Shown here one piece after another: positions 12,218 through 26,318 of a stretch of DNA of 64,000 nt (position 1 is its first letter; every line of letters begins with the position of its first letter). The position numbers and the translations under genes are program-made. The notes under the pieces were generated by a model. The model was not told where the DNA came from. It did not search any database and worked only from the letters and a program-made list of their open reading frames with translations. The DNA is from Eledone cirrhosa (lineage: Eukaryota), in NCBI GenBank assembly GCA_964016885.1, contig OZ024741.1, positions 98,952,001 through 99,016,000 of the forward strand, written 5' to 3'.

Positions 12218-12700
12218 TTCTGATTTAGGTACACACACGGCCAACAATTTGGAGGAGGGGAAAATTGATTAAATCGACCCGAGTGTGTTACTGGTACTTT
12301 ATTTTATCGACCACGTAAGGATGAAAGCAAACCATACCACGGTGGGATTTAAACCCAGAACGTAAAGGGTCGTAACTCTATGCCGTAAAGAAGAAGAAGA
12401 AGAAGAAGGAGAAGAAGAAGGAGAAGAAGAAGGAGGAGGAGGAGGATTTAATTCATCTATTGTAGAAGAAATAGAACAAGAATAATAGTTTCTGATTTAG
12501 GCACAAGGCCAACAATTTTGGGGGAGGGGAAGTCGATTAAATCAACCCCAGTGCATTACTGGTACTTTATTTTATCGACCCCGAACGGATGAAAGGCAAA
12601 ACTGACCTTGGCAGGATTTGAACTCAGAACGTAAAAGGCCGTAACTCTATGCCGTAAAGTATTTTGTTCGTGCTCTACCGGTTCTGCCAATCCACCGCCC
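12218..12700 (-). mobile_element. Two S1 SINE copies (12218-12390, 12489-12700) separated by (GAA)/(GGA) repeats
   Basis: ctggtactttattttatcgacc...ggatttgaactcagaa is the reverse complement of S1. Confidence 0.75.
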
Positions 12701-15092
12701 TGAACAACAACAAGAATAATAAAAATAAAAATAAATGTTTATTTTAACAAAACCACGAATATCATCAGCAGCAGAGTAAGCAATGCAATTAACATTGTTC
12801 TTGCTTATTGTGCGCTAATAAACTCGGATAATATGAGAGTATGTGTAGTGCTGTATATCATGTCATGGGTCGTTAACTCTTTATTGAGCCGTAGGCGCGC
12901 CATGTTGATTAGGGCGTATATTGAGCATTTAACCATGGTGTAACCTGTCCCTCTTTGTGTGTAAAACAGAGCTGATTTCTTCTGGAGGAAGAGAGAAAAT
13001 GGAAAGGGGTGGAGAAGTGAGGAAGAAATGTGGAAGAAGAATCGACCCCAGTACAGGATCGGGAATTTATTAATCGATGTTCGAAGGAGGAAATGCAAAG
13101 ATAACCTACGCGATATTTTAAGTCGGAGCGCTATGAGCTGGTACGAATACCGTAAAATATTCTATCTGATGTTCTAGTGACTGTGCTGATTTTCTGCTTA
13201 TGTAGTGCTACATAGAGTAGAATTATTACTGTGTAGTGTTGCCATGTATGTATAGATTGCACTCAACATCTACTCATCAAAGAACTATAATCCCTGACAC
13301 AAGAAATGATATTTATGAAGTAATATTCTTGAAATGCAAAGTAATTTTTCGTAAGGTTTCTATCGCTCTGAATATAATAATTGAATGATACCTTGACGAC
13401 TGTATTTGCAATGTCTCACTTGCTTCTCTCTTATTTATGTTAAGAAATTGTTTTAGTTGATATTGTCGGACCTGATTCAAAAAAGCTATGATCAAAAGTA
13501 GAGTCATTTTCAGAGTTTTTTTTTTTTTACATATTGCAGCCTAAAATAAAATCTCGATCTACTTTGCCAAAAATATACTGCAGCGTTTTTGACATTTGAA
13601 TAAGGTCGCATTTAACAAAAAAGAAGTTAATTCCGTTATTCTTCAGCTTTCAGTTGTTTATATGATAGAAAAGTATAGTTGAATCTATTTTTTTATCTAA
13701 TTAAATGTGGTTTATACACTGTATTTAATTGTTTGTAAACTTGTTAAAATGTATTTGACAAGTGAAAATGTCTTAGTTTACTCCACGTTTGGTTGTGGTT
13801 TAACCGGGGACACTAAAATAAAAATGGAACATAATATGGAATCCCCTTTCTTTGACTCTGGACCAATCCAAAATACTAGTCATCTGCTGAAATTTTAAAC
13901 AGCCTTCATGATGCCATTCAAACATTATGATCGCTGTATTTTAATAATGTAGGAGAAACCTTACGGAAAATTACTGGGGCAAAAAGGAATGGACCTACGT
14001 CGAATCCAACGATGAGTGTCTCGGTTATTCGATCAACAGAAGTGTATGGCAAGGCTGGCTATTTGAATCATAAATAAAATCCATTCCGTCTACCCAATTC
14101 CATTCACGAGGTTTGGGTCGATACGATGCTATGGTAAATTACAGTTACCCACGAGGCCATTTTCTGTGATCGAACCCGGACTAAAGATTGCAAAGCGAAC
14201 TCCTTAACCATTCTGCCGTGTTGCGTCGACCTGGTAAATTAATAGGCATTTCAGGAATATTACTTCCCTAAATACAATTTTTCATCCTCTGGAACTTACT
14301 TTAATAATTCCCAATTATTTCGAGAGTCTTTCATTGACTATGTTCCAACTATAACGAATGGATGTTTAGTGGAGTATATGCATGTATATATGTGTGCGTA
14401 TTTGTGTATGTATGTATGTATGTATGTATGTATGTATGTATGTATGTATGTATGTATGTATGTATGTATGTATGTATGTGTGTATCTGTCTTTCCGTATG
14501 TATGTATGTATACATCTGTGTGTGTGTGTGTCTGTGAGTGGTAAAATAGTTTAGTGGCAGAGGGAGGTGAAGTTGAGTCTGTTAGTTTCGAACAGTTTTA
14601 TAACTTACATCTGGTTAAAGTCTTTGATACGAGACAGTACTTGGACGGAGTCTGTTTCAAGGAAGTACACGTCATGATTAGTTTTCCATAGAAATTGGTA
14701 GGTTATGGCATGGTTCTCGATGTAATAATGTTGTCTTGAGATTTTGTATATAATTGATAATGTGGAACAGCCGGTCCTGGGGGCGCCTGTCTATAACATA
14801 TGTATCGCAATAGCGATAAAATTACAGAGATTCTAAACATACACAGATATACTTGCATGACAGAATATTGTCTTGTTGTATACGCACGGTGTGTGTACAT
14901 TTATAGGTAGATGAATATATATAAACCTGGTTGTTTTATAGGTTTCTGAACACAAAACGTGCCATGAATAAAGGATTCAACAATGTTGTAATGAAAAAAT
15001 AATGTTTATTACCAGCGCTATTTACTTCAAATTTTGACGATACTTGCTTGTCAAAGCAATAAGAACATGAGAGCACCCAGACACACGAACTC

Positions 15093-15195
<103 letters not shown>

Positions 15196-15574
15196 TACAT
15201 ATATATATATATATAAGAAAAGGGAAGTAAGGTTCTATACAAAACAGGGGTTATAGAGAAAAGGTGAAGTTGGAAATAGCACGGAAAATAAATTTTAGGG
15301 TCTGCTTTTCTTTTTTTTCCTCTTCTTTGATTCGTCTAAGTGACATTATTGAAAAAATGAGAGGGACAATTCTTTTAAAAAAGAGTTTTATAATGTATAT
15401 AAAGTATTACCGGTTTCGATGTATTATTAAAATTCATCTTATCAAATGGTGAGTATTACAATTAAAAAGAATTAATAAGAATTAAAAACTAAAAATTAAA
15501 GATTTAAAATTAAGAGGTAAGTTTTTTTTCCTCTTCCTTGCTGAGAAGGATATATATATATATGTGCAATCATC

Positions 15575-16092
15575 AGAAGAATGGAGATAGTAGTAAAAGC
15601 CAAATTCACTATCTTCAGTTCGGTGTTCGTGATTATCCGTGCCTATGGTCACGAATCTTGGATAATAACATAACGAATACGTACGGCTGAAATTGTGTTC
15701 CTCCGAAAGGTCTTAGGAGTAACATTAATCGATAGGGTGCGTAAACTCAGAGACAAAAGAATCCCTTCGCGTTACTTCTCTGAATCAAGAGATCACAGCT
15801 CTAATACTATGAATAAGTCTAGGGAAGGAATCGTTGGAGAGATTTTACGGGCAAAACCAACTGACAGGAAACCCAAGAGTAGACCAAGGGCAGGATGTTT
15901 GGATAAGACTCATTTGCTCGGGTGGTCACGCTTGAGGGTTCAGTCGGATCAATTGGACACAGTTGCTTCTGATAGGATCTGAGGAAAGTGTGTCTGGGGT
16001 TTCTGCCCCCATCCCCACCCCACGACTCTCTCAGAAATAAGCGGGTGAAGAAGAAGAAGAAGAAGAAGAAGAAGAAGAAGAAGAAGAAGAAG
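15575..16092 (+). mobile_element. RTE-clade LINE 3' end with (AAG)n tail
   Basis: YGHESW...AEIVFLRKVLGVTLIDRVR...RKPKSRPR...LGWSRL remnants, followed by a ~15-unit (aag)n run. Confidence 0.7.
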
Positions 16093-16127
16093 ATATACAC
16101 ACAAAATCAAAACAAAGTTATACCTAA

Positions 16128-16230
<103 letters not shown>

Positions 16231-16386
16231 CGTGTGTGTGTGTGTGTGCGTGTGTGTGTTACATGCAATCCGTAGATAGTATCAGCAATGGAAAGACCAA
16301 TGAAATCGTTGTTTCCTTGGTCTGATTTAATGAGTTCCACACCACACTGTAAACGAATGAGTGGTCTGGGATCTTGTCTCTCTCTC

Positions 16387-16681
<295 letters not shown>

Positions 16682-18199
16682 CTGCCGTGATATGATAAAA
16701 AATGTAATATTTATTTGACGCTTAGGAGAGATATTCACGGTATTTCAAACTACATTCTTCTTTGTAGTATATGAAAAGAATGGAGGAACAAATGGAAAAT
16801 ATGACAACAGACTTGACACCGCAGCAAAAAACTGTGCATATATATATATGTGTGTGTATACACATACACAATCAGAGTATGGGAGAGGTTAAGAAAGAGT
16901 ACTTTAGAATTTACGTAATGAAATGGAGACAGATAAATGTCTGCAGATTCGTGGCTTTGATACATTTAAGTTCACAAGTCAGAGTTTTGTTTTAAGTGAA
17001 ACACCACTTAATAGACTTACTGTTTTCTACTCAATGTCCGGAAGTAGCATTTGGGTAAACGATGGTGGATGATGCCACACCGTCACTTCCGTTTCAAGCA
17101 TTCACAGCTTGCGGCCATGATCTCACCCTTTCGTCACAGTTCCAACAGAAATACAACTAATACAATCAACCGTATGACATTGATTAAGGGCAAACACACT
17201 TAACCTTAGGGTTCATCGCCTGCTTCTGCACTCTTTCTTTTTTCTCCTGGTTGTTAGTTTAATATATTTATTTTTGTCCCTTACATATGCACGCGCTAAC
17301 ACACGCGCAGGCATACAAAGAAAAATAACACCTCACTCTCCATCTCTCTCTCAATCGCACTCTCTCATTTCTCTCCCTCTCTCTAATTTCTCTCTCGCGC
17401 CCTCTCACTCTCTCTCTTCCCCCATCTATCCTTTTCTATCCTTTCCATCTTCACTGACTACCACTATCTCCCTCGTCTCTCTTGCTCCACAGTTGTATCC
17501 TCTTATCACCCCTTTTTCTATTTCCCTTAATTCTACTATTTCCTCTTCCCTCTTCCCATCTCAGTCATATCACAGTCATCTTAATTTAAGAAATATGAGA
17601 AAATGGCACTTATTTTCACTTTCACTATTATAATATGACGTAATGCCTCAATATTACTCTTTATACTTATATATGTATGTATATGTGTGTGTGTGCGTGT
17701 GTGTGTCTCTGTGTGGGGGGGGGGGGGGGGCGCGCGCGTTTTGAGTGATGTATCTAGTTTCAGTGTTAATTATTACATATTTGTACGAATCCATTTGAGA
17801 CGGGAAAAGATAGCAAACAATTCATGACAATGGTTCAACATAGTCATTCATTTCTAGATTAAAGTGCTCCTATTTACATACTAAGTCTCATACACTTCGC
17901 CATTTGACCTGTACATGTTGCTTTTCGTAAATACTCTTTGTAACTTTGCTTGCACCTCTGTTTAAATAGACAAAACATTCAACTGAAATAATTATAATCC
18001 TTGTCACTAAAGTCTAACAAAATCCCAGTATCATAGATAACATGTATATTATCCTGATGGACTCGTATGGACGTCATCTTGACATACTACGTTTCTAGGG
18101 GGTCTTTTTTCTAAAACCTGGCGAATATCATCTCCACTCCAGATCTGAATACAGCAAATTTCTTCCAGAGACGGATAGAGAGTGGAAGATCGAAATTGA

Positions 18200-18365
18200 G
18201 GAAGAGATATAGAGGAAGAATCGACCCCAGGACTAGACTGGTACTTTTTTATCGACCTTAAATGCAACGTTCACCTCAGTGAGATTTGAACTCAGAGAGC
18301 AGAGTCGAAACAAATACTACAAAGCATTTTATTCGACGTTCTAACGACTCTGCCAATTCGCCACC
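18200..18365 (-). mobile_element. S1 SINE
   Basis: ctggtactttttatcgacc...gatttgaactcagag...ctgccaattcgcc. Confidence 0.65.
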
Positions 18366-19083
18366 TATATAGATAACATAGCAATTTGCTTTATTCCCGA
18401 AAGCAACATCATCAATTTGTGCTTTTAATACACCAATTCTATTTGATTGGCACTATGCATATAGTTAATATGCATATGGCTAATAAGCATAAGGATTACA
18501 ATCGGCCGATAGATATCTATGCTTAAATGATTTGCACACATGGACGTTAGCAGCTTCTTTTATTACGGCCGACACGTCATTAACGTATATTTCTTTATAA
18601 TACTTATATTAATAGAGTGGACATTGATATTAACAACCTGTCCTACATTTTCAATGTTTTCTTTCCGAGCCCTACCCTCTCTTTCTCTCTGTCTCTGTCA
18701 CCACTGTGTATGTGGGGGGGGGGTTAATACGTGCAGCAAAAATTCCAATCTTAAAGCACGGTCTGGACAGAAAAAGGTGGCCGCATATGTGCATCATGTA
18801 TGTGCGAGCGCATTTATTTATTTCGTGTGTATCGTACATCGACTGAAAATACATTTATTTTGACACAGTATAATGTAGTCTACTATAAAGAAAACGTTAT
18901 ATTAGTAATATGCATGTCTTTCCCAAAGATTTTACTGGTGAAAGTGAAGTGAAATAACTGAAACGAGAATTGAAACCGTAACTGGTTTTCACCTCACGAG
19001 AATTCTATTTCTGAGTCAACAATGGTAAACATTTATGTTATCTGAAACTAAGCTTTCAAAATGTATGACATTGGTAGTAGTGT

Positions 19084-19201
<118 letters not shown>

Positions 19202-19257
19202 TAGATCTGTAACCAGCGTTTATAGTCGAAAGACGGAAATTTTTCAAAACTTGATTA

Positions 19258-20449
19258 TATTGGGTTGGATACAAAGTCCTGTCACATATTGGACAAGGAA
19301 AGTAAAAGACGTTTATTTGGTTATCATGGATATATTCAATCACGATAATATTTTCCTTCATTTTTAATAACATAATCCCACCTGGCTGGCAAGTTATTGA
19401 TCCCTTTAACATAAATTTCTCCTGGTTGTGAAGCAAAGATGGATTCAATGTCCATTGTTATCTATTCACGATTTGGAAACTGTTTTCCATTTAGAAATTG
19501 TTGCAATTATTTGAACAGATAGTAATCCGATGGAGAAAGGTCTGGTAAATAAAGAGGATGAGGTAAAACTTCCACATTTAGTGTAAGAATGTTGTTCTGT
19601 GCAATTCGGCAATATGTTGTCATGCATTGTCGTGTAGGAGCAACACACATTTACAATTTGCCCATGCTGGTTCCTTTTTCTACAAATGTTTATATATTTA
19701 TTCCAGTTAGTGCAATACTTCTCAGCATTAATTGTCTCAGCTGGGTTCAACACTTCATCAGATACAGAACATAACTTTTTCTGGGTGTAGTCCTGGTTTG
19801 GGTGTGGTTTCTCACTTTTCATTGGGTGGAACCATTGTCGTTTTCTTTAGATATTATTGTGTAAAATCCACTTTTGATCACTGGTTATTATTCGACCCAG
19901 AAGGGGGTTATTGGCAAGTCTATTCTTTATGAGTAGCAAAGAGCACCCACTGGCCAAGTTTAAATACCTTTCGCAGTTCGTGCAGGTGCTTTAGAATAGT
20001 CCTGTGACATGTATTGAACACGTTTGCCAATTCTTGTGCAGTTTGCATAGGATTTTCTTCCATCACATTCTGTAAAAGGTCGAGATCAAGAGAACTTGGT
20101 CACGCTGATCGAGGGAAACTACCGAGGGGAATGTTTCCTCATCGAAATTGTTTAAACCATTGTAGGAATGTTCGGACAGTTGGAGTTTCAATTTTATAGA
20201 CAGAATGAATATTCTTTGTCTTGTCTGTTCTTGAGGGACCAGTTTTGTATTCCTTCAGCATACAATGTCTCATATGTGTCCGATCAGCACTCATCCTAGA
20301 GGAGTCAAATTGCATAATATTAAGCAATATAACATTAAATTAATCTGAAACACAAACAAGAAAAGCATTAGAACAAAACTCGAAACATTTATATTGCAGT
20401 CAGTATTGTGCAAATGACTTCGCGACAGGACTTTGTAGCCACTATATTA
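19258..20449 (-). mobile_element. Full-length decayed mariner transposon (~1.19 kb) with transposase pseudogene
   Basis: TIR cores tacaaagtcctgtc (19270) / gacaggactttgta (20424); remnants MSADRTHMRHCMLKEYKTG, ETINAEKYC, LLLHDNA, PHPLYLPDLSPSDYYLF. Confidence 0.88.
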
Positions 20450-20756
20450 GAAACAAAATCACTTGAATTATTCAATCTCTATCGCATTACAGGGAGTAAC
20501 TCCCGTGGTCAGGAATGCGGTGCAACAGTCATTGGTCTATATAATTGTCCAGAAGTTTTTCTATAATATAAAATATAAATACAAATATTATTAATCATAT
20601 AGAGAGAAAAGGATATATCCCTCTTGTCCTTATATTCTTTTGTATCATGAGTGAGATGTGGCTGACTGTCCCATCTGTTAGAATTTCTATCTACCTTAAT
20701 ATATTCCGCTGTGTGAGAATGTTAATTAGCGTATTTAATAAGGAATTGGAATTCTC

Positions 20757-20804
<48 letters not shown>

Positions 20805-20955
20805 CTTTCACCTTGTCTATGAGTACGATGCGGAACAGTGCAGGTCAACTACAGAACGAACTGAACACGAATGTTGTTTCAACACATATACACACACATA
20901 TATATATATATGTGTGCATACATATATATATACATATATACATGCCTCTCTCTCT

Positions 20956-21026
<71 letters not shown>

Positions 21027-21536
21027 AGAGGGTGAGAGGCAGAAAAACAGACCGAGAAAGATATAATTTCTGCTTCTCAAAACAGACAGATGTAGCGTTG
21101 GCCTGCACAGATCAAAAAACTAAATCCCAGCAGGGATTACATTTTCTTAAGCTCACGACTGTCTTCTGAACTGGTAGGAGGTTAGGTCATCCCGGGTATT
21201 TAATTAGAGGCTGGATAAAAGACTACCAGGAAGAAGTGTACTAACATTTCAACTCAATCACCTCTATTTACCCATCAGCCAAAGTCACGTGACATTTTCA
21301 GAATGTTTCAGAAACACGACTCCAGACCAAATTCAGAAGATTTATTTTTTCATTCTTTTACTGGTTTTAGTTGTTGGATTGCTGCCAAGCTGGAGTGCCG
21401 TCATGGTGTGTTTTAGTCGGTCACATCGACCCCAGTGTTGTTCTTTAAAACACTGTTACTTATTTCATCGATCTCTATTTGGCGAACCGTTAAATTACAG
21501 TATTCATAAACAAAGAGTAACGCAAATACAGACACT

Positions 21537-21591
<55 letters not shown>

Positions 21592-21756
21592 AAATGTGTG
21601 CGTGTGAGAGGGAGAGAGAGAGAGAGCGTGTGTGCGCGTGTGTGCAACGGATTCCATACAGTCTCCAGATGTTTATAATCGAAAACACTTGCCCAAAATT
21701 CCATATATACATATATACATATATGTATACATGTATATATGCATATATATGTGTGT

Positions 21757-22360
21757 GTAGAGGGTCGGACACCATGCTTTCCAGCATAGAGTCACGGCCC
21801 TGTATGATCTGAGTTCAAATCCCGCCGAGATTAACTTTGCCTTTCATCCTTACTGGGTCGATAAAAATGAAGTACCAGTCACGCACTGGGATCGACTTAA
21901 TCGACTTTCCCCTCCCAAAATTGCTGGTCTTGTACCTATATAAGAAACCATTATTTGGGGATTGAAAAAGGCGCCTGACACGCTTTGAAGCATAGGGTTA
22001 TGTTCTTTTACATTCTGAGTTCAAATCCCGTCGAGGTTAGCTTTGCCTTTCATCCTTACGGGGACGATAAAATAAAGCAGTAGGGTCGATTTAATCGACT
22101 TTCCCCTCCGCCAAATTATCAGTCTTGTGCCTAAATCAGAAACCATTATTTGATTGAAAGAATCGTTTGATTGTCAGACAAAATACCTTATTTGTTTCTT
22201 TCCTTTATGTTCTGAATTCACATACCACGGAGGTAAATTCCGCCCCATTCATGCTTCTTGGATTGATAAAATAAAGTACCAATCAAGTACTAAAGTCGTA
22301 TTAATCGTCTCCCCTCTTAAATAACTGGCCTTCTGTCTAATGTACAAAGAGTTATTATTT
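21757..22360 (+). mobile_element. Three head-to-tail S1 SINE copies
   Basis: gagttcaaatccc...tcatcc...gataaaa repeated at ~21810, ~22017 and ~22214. Confidence 0.7.
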
Positions 22361-22448
22361 TTATTGGGTGTCAGTTGTTGTGTTGCGCTTTAATCCCAGG
22401 TTAGCTTTGATCAAACAGACATATGATCAATTTTATTCCAGCCGTGAC

Positions 22449-22583
22449 CAGGGCCAGATTAAGACATAAGCCCTGAAAATAAGCCCTGAAAAAAACTCCC
22501 ATACTCGGAAAAACTCTATTGGGCCCTTCGTTACACGAGGCTTTAGGTAGATGTTCATTTTACTTAATGGTTAAAGCAGGCTG
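22449..22583. mobile_element. Short hAT-like MITE
   Basis: Ends cagggccagattaa / ttaaagcaggctg; 8-bp TSD gccgtgac / accgtgac. Confidence 0.5.
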
Positions 22584-23441
22584 ACCGTGACCAGTCATCT
22601 ACTGAGATCTACATCTAACTTATTATATCAATTCCACTGAAATGCTTACTAAAGTTAACATAAACGTTAGTTCCACCCACCTTTCATCCACATCTTCGGG
22701 TTCAGTAGCAGTCATCTATTAGAGTCAACATAATCGAACTGTTCTATTCACCTATCTCTCACACACAATTTCAAGTGACTTCACAATGTTAGAATTCATT
22801 CGTTTTCATTCACCATTTGAATGATCCACAAATGGTTTCCTTTCTCGCAACGAAAGAAATTAACTATATCTTGGTGATTTTACATACGAATAAGCAAGAT
22901 TTACAAATACTTTTGAAGTTCCTCGCATTGCTATATTTTGAAATGTCCCTATATCTATCATTGTAAATGATCTGTCAATGTCTTCATTGAAATTGTTGTT
23001 GTATCATCCATGTTATACCATTTATAAATGGAATGTTGGAAACAGTTGAATGCTATAAAGTTTTTAATTCAACAGCTAAATCTATGAAGTTCTTTAGTTT
23101 TCAGCATGTATCTACAATATGTTATAACTATTTGGTATTGATATTTATTTTATGAATATGCTATTACCATTATTGCATGGTAAATTATGCCTTATTTATC
23201 TACTGTCTTGTGATATGTATGTATACTAAAGGTTATAGTATATTTGTATTGTTATTTTCTAAGATAGAAAAGTATTCTCTAAGGAAGTAAATCTGTCTCC
23301 TAATATATTTGGTGGAAGCTAATGTTTGGAGGGATTGATAATATACTGTCTATTATTTCATGTCAAAACTTACACCAACTGTGCGTGTTTTATCTAAGAT
23401 ATTGTGGAATATCTAGAATTATATATCTATTATTATAAATA

Positions 23442-23611
23442 CGGTGAATTGGCAGTATCGGTAGAGGGTTGGACGCCATTATTTCTAGCATAGTTACGTC
23501 CCTTTACAGTCTGAGTTCAAATCCCGCCGAGGTTAACTGTGCTTTTCATCCTTACGGGGTCGATAAAATAAAGTACCAGTAATGGCCTTGTGCCTAAAAT
23601 AGAAACAATTA
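23442..23611 (+). mobile_element. S1 SINE
   Basis: Very similar to 1204-1390. Confidence 0.75.
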
Positions 23612-24605
23612 TAAATACTCTTCACAATTCATCGGTGAGTGGTGACATGTTCCTGCTACCTCAATCAGAGTGTTATCGTGTGTGTGTGGTGTGTGTGAGT
23701 GTGTAGTCGCATGTGTCTATGTATATACGTGTTGTGTGTGTGTGTGTGTGTGTGTAATACTCTAATGATAGATTCAAGGGAAAGCCACACTAGTAGTCTA
23801 TGTTCCTCCTAATGTGCAACTACATAGAAGACGTGGGTATAAAATGTACAGGGAGTGATAAACAGCCAATGTTGAAGAGAGATCTGGCACCAACTTGATA
23901 GGGGGTTCACTATGTCGTCATTTTCTTCATTTCCTATAGATAAGGTAATAAACTGTTGAGAGGTATCTTGTTAACGAAAGAATACAATAAAGACCATTCC
24001 ATTATGATGGTATTTTGTCTGCCACGCTATCATTTCAACTATGTATATCATCACCATTTTCTAGATAGATATAAACTTATATGTAAATAGATAAAGAAGT
24101 GACAGAGACGACAAAGAGACAGATAGAAAGAGAGACAGTCTGACAGACTGACAGACAAACAGTCAAAACACATAGACTGACAGACAGAGACAGCAGGGAG
24201 CATAATTGAAACAGATATACAGAGAGGCAGGTAATGTATTATATACAAAAATAAGCGAAAATGATAAATAACTAGAGAAGGAATATATATAAGGATGTGA
24301 TAATTAAGAAGATAAATGAATTGATAAATAGAGAGATAGAGAGAGAATGTCAAAGCAAGATGACACATAGGGTGGGGGAGAAAGAGACAATATATATATG
24401 TGTGTCTGTGTGTCTGTGTGTCTGCGTGTGTAAATATATATGAATATATATATGTGTGCGTGGGGGGGGGGGGGGAGTAGAGAGAGAGACAGACAGACAG
24501 AGAGGTAGATAGATTGATTGATTGATTGATTGATTCAGAAAGAGAGAGAGAGATAGTTAGAAAAATAGATGGATGGATAGATAGATAGATAGATAGATAG
24601 ATAAA

Positions 24606-25668
<1,063 letters not shown>

Positions 25669-25669
25669 T

Positions 25670-26035
25670 CGTTCTTTATGTGTCACAGAGGCGCAGAAAA
25701 ATGTGACATTACAAGACGTGACGGCGGGGGTTTTACATAAAATATTTAACAATGATAAATAACAATAAACTATATAAAAATAAAACGATTGAAATCCCCA
25801 TTAGGGATCCTTACTGCGGGGTTGTTTACACCCCGTGGATAGAACAACCTTCAACACCAGGAACACGTTTTGTAGGTGTTCCCGTCTTCCTTCTGTTTAT
25901 CTTCCTCAACCTACAGGTTTATATACAGAGAAGGCCCATTCACTCAGGCCATTTTCGCCACATTCACCCACCTTTCAGCGAATTTAATGGGGTGTAGCAC
26001 CTCTTTCTCCACTCTCACCTCCCTTTTGAAGTGAT
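25670..26035 (-). mobile_element. Tx1/L1-clade LINE copy B (diverged subfamily), 3' end only, (GATA)n on both sides
   Basis: YHFKREVRVEKEVL...RWVNVAKMA is homologous to the ORF2 C-terminus of copies A and C. Confidence 0.8.
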
Positions 26036-26087
<52 letters not shown>

Positions 26088-26318
26088 ATTTCTATTTATT
26101 TGCCACGAGGGCACAAAAGAAGGGGACATTTACACAGTGGGGCAGTTTACATAAATCGAGTAAAGAAAAAAGGAATAACAATAATAATATAACAATAAAA
26201 AGTCCTCAAAAGGGAGGGGGCGTGTTGGGGATTGCACATACCCCCGAAAAGTGTGCAACTCTTTTCGCGGGGGAAGCCCAGAGAGGAGGCGCTCCCCCTT
26301 TCCTCTTCACTTCTTCAC

